Made by a program: the position numbers and the translations under genes
Notes under the pieces: generated by a model
What the model was told of the DNA's origin: nothing
Database searches by the model: none
Seen by the model: the letters and a program-made list of their open reading frames with translations, nothing else
Assembly (NCBI GenBank): GCA_950097015.1
Contig: CATNEN010000039.1
Coordinates: 10,726,001-10,790,000, forward strand
Direction of reading: 5' to 3'
Source of the DNA: Macrostomum hystrix
Lineage: Eukaryota > Animalia > Platyhelminthes
DNA length: 64,000 bases
Part shown: positions 13,208 to 24,100 of the stretch, in pieces
Position numbering within the stretch: the first letter of the stretch is position 1
How the letters are laid out: each line of letters opens with the position of its first letter

Positions 13208-13654
13208 GCTTGCGAAAGCTACAGAATGTTTCCGTGCAAACTGAAGTGTGCTTAAAAATGTAGGAAACTAACCACGTGTGGTTTTGTGTTATTTCTAAAG
13301 CCGCGTCATACTACTTGTAGTAATTCGACTCCGATTGGCTCTGAGAAAAAGATCTCAGTTTTTATAGTTGCTAATCAACACAACAGTTTACTGTACCATT
13401 TCATTGGCAAAAACGCACACAACACAACGCACACAACACACTTAGTAGTACCTCATATTTCCATTTACTTATCTGTCCATTGGTGTCCTATCTGACAAAT
13501 TTGTGTCTTATCTGACAGATGGGCGTTCTACCTGACAGATAGGCGTGGTTATCTAACTGATAAGTATCCTTAGAAACGCTGTCTTACTATTTAGCTATAA
13601 TTTTTATCCCATGTTTATCTTAGCCACACACTAAAAACTGGAAGGACATTAGGA

Positions 13655-14030
13655 ATTCCCGTCCCTTATGTACATCTAGGGCAGAGAGGACGAGCAAGAC
13701 CGATAAAAATTTCCGTCCCTAATGTAGATCTAGGGCAGAGAGGACGAGCAAGACCGATAAAAATTTCCGTCCCTAATGTACATCTAGGGCAGAGAGGACG
13801 AGCAAGACCGATAAAAATTTCCGTCCCTATTAATGTACATCTAGGGCAGAGAGGACGAGCAAGACCGATAAAAGTTCCAGTCCCTAATGTACATCTAGGG
13901 CAGAGAGGACGAGCAAGACCGATAAAAGTTCCAGTCCCTAATGTACATCTAGGTCAGAGGGGATGAAAAAGACGGATAAAAACCCCCGTTCCTAATGTAC
14001 ATCTCGAGCAGAGGGGACGAAAAACAAAAA
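13655..14030. repeat. 54-bp tandem repeat (about 7 copies) bracketed by an approximately 82-bp direct repeat (13559-13640 and 14047-14128)
   Basis: Unit TGTACATCTAGGGCAGAGAGGACGAGCAAGACCGATAAAAATTTCCGTCCCTAA, period 54. Confidence 0.92.
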
Positions 14031-14854
14031 GATAAGTGTCTTAACGGATAAGTGTCCTTGGAGACGCTGTCTTACTATTTAACTATAGTTTGTATCACAT
14101 TTTTATCTTAACCACACGCTAAAAACTGTGCTGAGCACACATTTATAATTGACTGATGTATATTTTTTCTCGATATTTTTATCATTTGTACGCCCATTTT
14201 TTAGTAAAATAACAAACGCAACTAGTTTTATTATTTTCAACGGCTCATTTTCTTATAATAGCTTGTAATTATTTATGTGCAACCTTTTTTGTTTAGATCA
14301 AAAAATTGACGACAAAAAGCGCCTAATGTACAGAAAGTGATACAAATATTTTGTTTCGTAGAAATTTTAAATCATAAGAGTAAAAATATTCTAGTCACAA
14401 ATATTTTGTACTCCAATGATTCTAGCTTTAGTTTTTTCTTAGATTTTTTTACAAAAACAGCTCTTGATTATCTGCTTTTCTATTAAACCACTCTTGAAAC
14501 TATCGCTCGTTGTTGTCAATGTCAATGGTTGACGTCAATTTAAGCTTTTTTGTTTTTATATATATATAACAAGCTACTTGATTTACTGCCCTTCTAAAAA
14601 TGCTTGATGCATTGAAACTCCGTCTAGTTTAAGTAGTTAAATAAAAAAATATTTCCCTCAGTTTATTAAAACAATTCCCATACTCGCATATTCACAATTT
14701 ACATATTTAAAATATTGTACATGTACTGAGGCACACTACTTAATAGACTCAGTAGTACATACGCGTATCAGCACTGAAATACATTCGCCAATAGAAGACT
14801 GAAAATGCTTTGACAAATGTAAGAGAAATTCCAGATGTTCTGATATCCCTGGCA

Positions 14855-15160
14855 TATCTAATCCCAAATCCCGACACAAATAGTCCCAACACTATAATCC
14901 TAAATCCATGACTTTATAATTCCAAATCCCCAACACTATAATCCCAAATCCTCAACACAATAATCCTAAATCCCCAACACTATAATCCCAAATCCTTATC
15001 ACTATATCCCAAATTCCCGAACACTATAATCCCAAATCCCCAACACTATAATCCCAAATCCCCAACACTATAATCCCAAATCCTAACACTATAATCCCGA
15101 ATCCCCAACACTACAATCCCAAATCCCAACAATCGAATCCTAAATCCTCGACACTCTAGT
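14855..15160. repeat. About 22-bp degenerate minisatellite AATCCCAAATCCCCAACACTAT
   Basis: Visible tandem array just 3' of the SNAPC3 stop. Confidence 0.85.
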
Positions 15161-15217
15161 CTCGAATCTCTGACTCGGAACAAAGACACAATTATAGGAG
15201 GCAACAAAGACTAAAGT

Positions 15218-17002
15218 TCAAATGCACCAGGCGTGAAAAGGCACCCTTTTGCTGCCGTCAGCGTTAAGCAATGCAATCCTGGCGCAGTCGATACAGGCGC
15301 ACATTGTCTCGTCAAATAATTCGTCACAGTTGGCGATCAACAATTCGGCCCTAGCCGACATGCACAGTCGGCACTCGCGATAGGCGAAGCTCGCCGCCGT
15401 ATGGCCGCCGAGCTGTTTCGCCAGCGGCAAGCTGGGCGGGTCGGCGGGGTGACGCAGGCTGGCATCGGCGAACACCAGGCAGTGCTCGCAGCTGCCCGCG
15501 TGCTGGTAAAGGTAAATCTCACCTAGGCGCAGGGTCAGCGAACTGATTCTAGTGGTCTCCATGGCCTGGGCGGTCAGCGAATCGCCGAACACTTGCCTAG
15601 CCGACTTGTTCTCAGACAACCATTTCAACACGGCGGCGCTTAGTCGACGGTTCATCGGCAACCGGCAATCGTCGTAGAGGCCCAGGCCGATGAAGAACAT
15701 TGACGACGTGTACACTTCGCGACTGCGGGAACAGCGCTCAGACATGGCCTGGCGCGGGTTGTCCAACTGCAGCTGGAATGTGAATGTGGGTCGCCTGGTT
15801 ACCTGGACAATGGGTCAACTGGTGCCTGGACAATGGGTCAACAGGTGCCTGGACAATGGGTCAACAGGTGCCTGGACAATGGGTCAACAGCTAGTGCCTG
15901 GACAATGGGTCAACTCTTAACCTAGAATGATGAATGGGTCAACTTTTGACCAAGAATGATGAATGGGTCACCTATTGACCTAGAATGATGAATGGGTCAA
16001 CTATTGACCCAGAATAATGAATGGGTCAACTATTGACCTAGAATGATGAATGGGTCAACTATTGACCCGCAGAAATGGCCAAACAGTAAAAAACAGGCAA
16101 AAGAAAAACTAACAATATCCGAGACTTCTCCCACGATGACTTCGTCCTGGCGACAGCAGATCCGGTCTTTCAGATCAGCCAGGGTGTCGCTGCCACGGAG
16201 CATAATGATCTGGCTGCAGCGTAAGGTCTGCGAGACGGTCCGTTGAAAGCTGCGGCCTCCAATGTCGGGCAGTGGCGAGTAAACCTTCACCGTCACCAGC
16301 AGCTCGCCGTCGCCCGAAGGCCGAATCGCGTTGACTGGCTTCGGAGGCAGACTGGCCCGCCCCGCGGCGCAGAGCAGCTCGATTGCGGGCAGCCGCTCGG
16401 CAGTCAGCTGGGTCAGCAGGCTGGAGCGCAGGCTGAGAGGTTCGGCAAAGTCGGCGGCAGTCGAGTTCGACTGACCGACAACGCGGTGGCAGGCGGAGTG
16501 TCGCAGGTTGCGCAACGTAGCCAACGGCGACTGGGCGAATTCGCCGCGCAACGAAGCGGCTCCAACGAAGTTAAGCAGAGTTGCTAGGGGGAGGGAAAAC
16601 AGAAACGATTCTAAAGTGAATTTCTCCGCAGCGGATTCGAACCCAGGACCTACATCCCAAGCAGATTTTATTTCACCCACCTGATGGAGTCTGGTTTCCG
16701 CTGCCAGCGGCGTTGCTATCATCGCCGAACAGTTCGCGTCGAACCACAGTCGGGTCGCAGTCAGCCGCCACGGCAGCTGCGTCAACCTCGGGAAATTCGC
16801 GGCCCAGCTCGGCTAGCAGGCGGCGCTGGACGGCCGTCTCAGCGTCGGCGTCGCCGGAGGCAGCCGCATCGGCGACTGAGAAAGGCGAATCGTCGAAAGT
16901 CTCGGAGGCTACGTTCTGCATGGCCAGGAGCAGCTGGTGCAGGTTCAGCCAGTCCGAATGCGGATGCATCGTTGTCTCGTCGGCTCTCTGCTTGCTAGAC
17001 AT
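15218..17002 (-). CDS. SNAPC3: snRNA-activating protein complex subunit 3 (SNAP50), about 448 aa, 3 exons
   Basis: Exons 17002-16681, 16583-16114 and 15772 (or 15766)-15218, in phase. Motifs LRGSDTLADLKDRICC, YTSSMFFIG..LYDDCR, LTLRLGEIYLYQHAGSCEHCLVFAD and a C-terminal CxxC...CxxC zinc finger match SNAP50 as I recall the family. Confidence 0.88.
15800..16072. repeat. Two related minisatellites (23-30-bp units sharing AATGGGTCAAC) in SNAPC3 intron 2
   Basis: cctggacaatgggtcaacaggtg grades into ctagaatgatgaatgggtcaactattgacc. Confidence 0.85.
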
Positions 17003-17073
17003 GCCTGCTTGGCGACTGATCTGATTGGCTGTTCTCTAGCTTTAGACTGGACAGATGGCTGCAACTGTTGTTT

Positions 17074-17440
17074 AGGGGTGAAACCCTTGAGGAAGGTTGT
17101 TGCTCAGGGGTAGAGCCCTGTGAAAGATGTTTCTCAGGGGTGAAGCCATTGTCGGAGGGTGTTGTTCAGGTGTGGAGCCTTGGGGAGGGCGTTGCTTAGG
17201 TGTGGAGCCCTTGTAGGAGGGTGTTGCTAATGGGGCTCAACGTTGGGGGGAAGGCGTGTCTCGGGGGTGGATCCCTTGTGGGAGGGTGCTGCTCAGGATT
17301 CGAGCCCTTGTGCGTGGGTGTCGCTCGGGGGTGGAGCCTCTGTGGGAAGGCATTGCTAAGGGGTGGAGCCCTTGTGGAAGGGTGTTGCTCGGGGGTGGAG
17401 CCCTTGTGGGTGGGTGTTGCTCAGGGGTGGAGCCCCTGAG
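17074..17440. repeat. About 32-bp degenerate minisatellite GGGGTGGAGCCCTTGTGGGAGGGTGTTGCTCA between SNAPC4 and SNAPC3
   Basis: About 11 diverged tandem units visible. Confidence 0.85.
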
Positions 17441-17849
17441 AGAGACCGTTAGGAATAAAGATGAAAACAAAAGAAGCTCAGTGCATTTTCAATATCATTT
17501 AGTGAGGCTTGCGGCAAAAGCTTATGGAAACATAGTTGCTTATTTAGTTTAAATTTTAGAAAAGCTTTAAGTACAACACGAAAGTGTATGTACTATTGAC
17601 GGTTAAACAAATAATTGCTGAGATGGATTTTAAGTTTCACAAAAACGGTTTAACAAAAATTCCATCACTATGCAGATGTTTTTACAATGAACAGCAGAGT
17701 TGCTGGTATTAAAAATACTTGAAACACGATTTGACTACATAAAAGAGTGAAAGAAACAATTGTGGTCTCGATTTCACAATTTACGCATATTTGGGGCACA
17801 GGACAGACTGACCAAATGATATTTATTTCAATCCCTTGATGCACGCATC

Positions 17850-18110
17850 GGGCAGAGAAGACGAACAAGGCCCATAAAAATCCTCCACGTTACTAATGTA
17901 CAGTAGTACATCTAGTGCAAAGAGGACGAGCAAGACCGATAAAAATTCCCGTCCCTAATGTACATCTAGGGCAGAGAGGACGAGCAAGACCGATAAAAAT
18001 TCCAGTCCCTAATGTACATCTAGGGCAGAGAGGACGAGCAAGACCGATAAAAATTCCCGTCCCTAATGTACATCTAGGGCAAAGAGGACGAAAAGACCCA
18101 TAAAAACCAA
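17850..18110. repeat. Second array of the 54-bp repeat (about 4 copies)
   Basis: Same unit and orientation as 13655-14030. Confidence 0.92.
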
Positions 18111-18183
18111 TCGATATTAAATGATTCACTCTACACATAACGAAACATAGAAAGCTGAAAGCTTAGGAAAGTTTGCCTTTGTA

Positions 18184-21100
18184 TCAGTCGGCAACTTCGA
18201 AATCGCCCAAATCAATCATCGCAGCAGGTTGCGATGGCGCCACAACTTCCAGCTCCTTCTCCACCGCCTCCTGCTGCAATTCGGCATCTATCTGTCGCTG
18301 CATCAAGAAGCTCGGCAGCAGACTGGCGTGCGGCCGATAGCCTTCAGCAATGAGTCGGACTAGTTCGCTGGGCACCGTGAGCATTTCACCGTTGGCCAGC
18401 GCGACGCCAACCACCGAATCCAACTGGAAGTCGCCAACCAAAGCGTCTGTGAGAAATTCTATCTGCTTCTTTGGTCCGCTCCTACCACGAGTTTTAGTCG
18501 GCGAGGCATTATCGCCGCCATTCTTCATCGCCCGCTGCTCTTTCAGGCGTCGCTCGTTGAGCTTGCCGGAGTTACGCGAGAAGGCCGAATTGGCCGGCAC
18601 CAGGTTTCTGGGCTTGGGCTCCAGGAATGCCGCAGGATTAGTCACGACCTCCATGCTACTGACGGCGGCTGCTCGAGATTTGCCGTTGCCGCCGCCGCGG
18701 TTCATCTCGGCGCCGTCCAATCGAGCAGTCAGGTGCGTGGCTGGCAGCAATTCGTCCATTGCCGGCCCTTCGGCATCTTCTTCGGACTCGGCCGCAACGA
18801 CTGCCGCCGAGTCTTCTTCGTCGAAGAAATGGCGCATAATATTCGGCGCCCTGGCCCGACAGTCGGCGAAGCTCATGCCGGACAGGACAGCGGGCCAGGC
18901 GAAAAGGCAGCGAAATTTTCTCTCCAGAGCGCGCCAATCCACGTTGTCGTCTTCGTCCTCTGCCTCGCCGACGTCGTCATCTTCATCGACATCGTCGCTT
19001 AGGGATCGTCGAAGAAGCTGCTCTCGACTAGCCAGCAGGCGACGAAACGCCGACGCGGTTGACAAAGTCAGCGGCAGAGGCGGCGCGGTCGGATCGGCCA
19101 GATAGACACGAAAAAATTGGCCCACTTTTTGAGCACAATTGCGACGCAATTTAAGCAGCTCGCCCATGGAGGAGTCGCCGAGAACGCGACAGACGGGCGG
19201 GAGGCGGTATCGCCGACGGGGCAGTCCGAGTAGGCGAGCCTTCACGTCCAGCCTGTCCGCAATGCGACTGGCCAAGGAGCGCTTCGCTACAGCTTCGGCA
19301 CTGTCGTCAACTTCGGCGTCAATGACGTCAACGGCGATTGCGGCGTCATCTTCAGCGTGGGTGGAGTTATTGACATCAGCTTCGTTGTCCCAGTTTACGC
19401 TTTCATTGTCGTCATTTTCAGCGTCTAAATCGACGCCGACGACTGGCTGGGTACGTGGCCGCTTGGACTTCGGCTTTGTGGACTCTTCCGACCCCAAATG
19501 ACGTTTCTTATTCAAATTTATGCCGACGGAGACCTCCGCAGCTGTCGCGGTCCCTGAATCTGATGACTGCTTGGAGTCGGGCTTCAGCGACTGTTGGACG
19601 GTAAAAAAATGACTTAGACAGGTAAACTTTTTAACAGGTAAACTGTTTAACAGGTAAACTGTCTAACAGGTAAACTGTCTAACAGGTAAACTGTCTAACA
19701 GGTTTAGAGAAACTGTCTGACAGTTTAGGGAAACTGTCTAACAGGTAAACTGTCTAACAGGTAAACTGTCTAACAGGTTTAGAGAAACTGTCTAACAGGT
19801 AAACTGTCTAACAGGTAAACTGTTTAACAGGTAAACTGTCTAACAGGTAAACTGTCTAACAGGTAAACTGTTTAACAGGTAAACTGTCTAACAGGTAAAC
19901 TGTCTAACAGGTTTAGAGAAACTGTCCAACAGGTAAACTGTCTAACATGTAAACTGTCTAACAGGTAAACTGTCTAACAGGTAAACTGTCTAACAGGTAA
20001 ACTGTCTAAGAGGTAAACTGTCTAGCAGGTAAACTGTCTAACAGGTAAACTGTCTAACAGGTAAACGGTCTAACAGGTAAACTGTCTAACAGGTAAACGG
20101 TCTAACAGGTAAACTGTCTAACAGGTAAACTGTCTAACAGTTAAACTGTCTAACAGGTAAACTGTCTAACAGGTAAAATGTCTAACAGGTTTAGAGAAAC
20201 TGTCTAACAGGTTTAGAGGAACTGTCTAACCGGTAGACAAACTATGTAACAGGTAAAGAATCACCAATTAAAAGTTTAAACATAATAATTCACAGTAGAA
20301 AGAAAAAAACTGACCAGAATAGACTCGACAATCTCCGGCACCATAGCTTGATACTGGCGCACGGTTTTACATTTGTTGAATCTCTCCTTGAGTTTTGGTG
20401 CCTCCATGGCAGTCTGCAGTGTCAGCCAGAGCCGATCTTCGGACTCAGGCAGCAGCAGTTCGCGGCAGAATTCGCGAGCTGCTGGACAGAGAGACCGCCT
20501 ATTCAATGCCTGCGAGAGTTTCGATACAATGGGCCGCCAAAGCGCAGCTTTCGCTGTCGAGTCGCGACGCAATTTTTCCAAGCTGTTGCGACTGCTGGCA
20601 GCACCGGCATTCAACGGACGCGGCACCAAGAAGCCTTCGTCGGCGTCGGCGAGAAGCTAGTGATATTGAAAAAAAATACAATGTCGTATTTTAAAAGTAC
20701 AAAAACAAATATAAAAGTACAAACATAACTTTTAAAGTACTATAATTAAGTACAAATGTCAGATTTTACCAGTAAAATGTCTGCTTATAAAAGTACAATG
20801 TCTAACAATAAAGGCTTACTTTATTGCTGCGGCTGTGTGGTGTCACAAACTGACTTATTAGGAATCGAACCCCTGACCAACAAGTCGTGAGCCTGATGCT
20901 CTATTAAGAAAACCAACAAAGAGTAAATTAGAGGACTCTCACCTGTGACAGAACCTCCTGCTTTACCGAGCCCATACTGGACGGCCCAGCTCCCTCTCCG
21001 CCAGTGTCTAAAAATCCTCCGCCAGCCAGCATCTTGGCCATCAGTGGCGTCCTTAGCAACAGTCGTCTGGCGTCGCCATCAACGTCCACAGAAGCTTTGA

Positions 21101-24100
21101 CGCGCTCCCAAACTAGGCTAGACAAGATTAACTGGCGCCAGCGGTACACCAGACTGCTGGCTGTGCGGCCGGGAAACTGCGGCAGAAAATCCGTCCAACA
21201 GACGCTGTGCACCTCGCGCATAATGAACTGAGCAACGGTGTTCTTCACAGCAAACCGACTGCCACCTAGCTGCTGCTGCTGCTGCTGCTGCTCCTGACTG
21301 AGCAGATCGTGAAGGCCGGTTGGCTGGGGCGCAAGAAGGAACAGCCGACGATCCTCGGCGTAGGTCCAGGCGGGCTGGTCGCGGCTGACCAGCTGTTCAA
21401 CAGCTTGACGGCAGGCCAGCTCGGTGCTGAGGGGTTTAAGAGTTGCGTTGCCATAGTAACTCAATTTAAAATTGAAATTCAAACATTTATTCAGCTTACC
21501 GGGTGCCAACAAAGCTGGCCACGCGCCTCAGCTTGAACGGGCCGTGGCGCTCGACAGCCAGGGCCAATCGGAGCCTCTCGCACTCCGACCAGTCTTCGAA
21601 TCTGTTGATGTCAGACGCGAGCGAGCGCCAACAGTCGGCGCAAACGGAGGCCACCTTCGGCCAGCCCGGAAGCAGCATTGACACCTGACGCCAGTCGATA
21701 AGATGCAGCGCCTGCAAATGGATTTAATAATCTGCTTACCCTCTTCTTGACCCTTACAGGCCTTCCAGAACGAAACGTGCCCTTTCTGGAACCTCAATAA
21801 CGAAGTTGCCCTGCACTTTGTTTGCCAATGCCTTTCTTTAATAGGGAGAGTCTAAACCACCTCGGACCTAATCCATCAATAATCCAGATCCAAGAAAATC
21901 CTACGGCAGTATCCATATCACAGGTGGATTTTACAGGCAGTACCCATATCACAGGTGGATTTCACAGGCAGTACCTATATCACAGGTGTATTTAACAGGC
22001 AATAGCCATATCACAGGTGGATTTCACAGGCAGTACCTATATCACAGGTGTATTTAACAGGCAATAGCCATATCACAGGTGGATTTCACAGGCAGTACCT
22101 ATCTCGCAGGTAGTGTTTGACTAGCAAAAGTTATGAAAAAAGCTACCTGAGAATTGATTGATTTATTAACGGCAGCCACCAAAGCGGCGGCAACAACGGC
22201 ATCTTTGACAGCGTCGGCGGCTGCCGTGGCCGCCGCACTGCTCGACCGCTGGGTCCGCCTGCGGTGTCGAGACAGCCAGCGCTGGGCACAGGCCAACGGT
22301 GGCCTGAGTCGGCCAGGAGAGCTCAGCGCGGCTGACACGGCGCCCCAGTTGCGCTCGCCGAGATCGCCGACCAGGGTCAATAAGCGGGCGTCTTCCTCGG
22401 ACGTCCACGACGACCTGGGGGACGATTTGAGCCGGGTGATAGAGTTCACACTCGATAGGAAAGAGTGACATAGGGAGGATGAAGTGACGCACATCAGGAA
22501 GAAAGGAGTGACACAATATGGAGTGATACATCAGGAAGGAGTGACACACGGACAGGAAGGAGTGACACGGACAGGAAGGAGTGACACACGGACAGGAAGG
22601 AGTGACACACGGACAGGAAGGAGTGACACACGGACAGGAAGAAGTGACACACGGACAGAAAGGAGTGACACACAGACAGGAAGGAGTGACACTCTGGAAG
22701 GATGGAGTGAGACGCGGGCAGGATGGATGGAGTGACACTCGGGCAGGATGGAGTGACACGGGCAGGATGGAGTGACACTCGTGCAGGATGGAGTGACACT
22801 CGTGCAGGATGGAGTGACACTCGTGCAGGATGGAGTGACACTCGTGCAGGATGGAGTGACACGGGCAGGATGGAGTGACACTCGTGCAGGATGGAGTGAC
22901 ACGGGCAGGATGGAGTGACACTCGTGCAGGATGGAGTGACACTCGGGCAGGATGGAGTGACACTCGGGCAGGATGGAGTGACACTCGGGCAGGATGGATG
23001 GAGTGACACTCGGGCAGGATGGAGTGACACGGGCAGGATGGAGTGACACTCGGGCAGGATGGAGTGACACTCGGGCAGGATGGAGTGACACGGGCAGGAT
23101 GGAGTGACACTCGGGCAGGATGGAGTGACACTCGGGCAGGATGGAGTGACACTCGGGCAGGATGGATGGAGTGACACTCGGGCAGGATGGAGTGACACGG
23201 GCAGGATGGAGTGACACTCGGGCAGGATGGAGTGACACTCGGGCAGGATGGAGTGACACGGGCAGGATGGAGTGACACTCGGGCAGGATGTAGTGACACA
23301 CGGGCAGGATGAATGGAGTGACACTCGTGCAGGATGGAGTGACACTCGGGCAGGATGGAGTGACACTCGGGCAGGATGGAGTGACACTCGGGCAGGATGG
23401 AGTGACACAGGCAGGATGGAGTGACACTCGGGCAGGATGGAGTGACACACGGGCAGGATGGAGTGACAAACGGGCAGGATGGAGTGACACTCGGGCAGGA
23501 TGGAGTGACACGGGCAGGATGGAGTGACACTCGGGCAGGATGGATGGAGTGACACTGGGGCAGGATGGAGTGACACTCGGGCAGGATGGATGGAGTGACA
23601 CTGGGGCAGGATGGAGTGAGACACTCACGAGTTGACACCAGGCCTCATGACATTGGCGTAGGTGAGCTGCAGGCTCCTAGCTGTGACTTGAGTCCTGCCG
23701 CTGGGCATTTTAACACCCATGTCGGTGACGACATTGTCGAAGTTGATCAAGTCGACACCGCCATTCGGTCCGTCATTTTCGAGCCTCTCCAGCAGTTCTT
23801 TGACGCCTGCTGAGCGCAGCTGGCGGATCTCTCTGTCCAGTTGGGACGATTTTTTTAAATTGAAATTTGTCGCCGCACTCGACGCGCCTAAAGTCTTCGT
23901 CTGTTCAGCTATTCCGGCCTGTCGTGACAACAGCGGCCTCAGCAATTTTTCACGAAAATTCTCCGCCACTAAGCGAAGGAATTTCTTCCTATAGGCTGGC
24001 CTGTTGGAGAAGCCGTACCCGCAGCCGTGGCCCTCGCCAAAAGGATTGCCACCGTGACTCGAGCCACTGCCGGACAATGTTATCAGACTGCTTAGGCACA

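Noticed and set aside
17003-18183. snRNA or SL RNA gene next to the SNAPc genes
   Set aside because: No recognisable snRNA or SL sequence. The AATTTTTATCGG in the 54-bp unit does not match the Sm consensus RAU(4-6)GR.
22166-23638. Multiple 365-490-aa Cys/His/Pro ORFs (likewise 9270-10050, 29059-30081, 51611-52362)
   Set aside because: Repeat artefacts, open in all frames.
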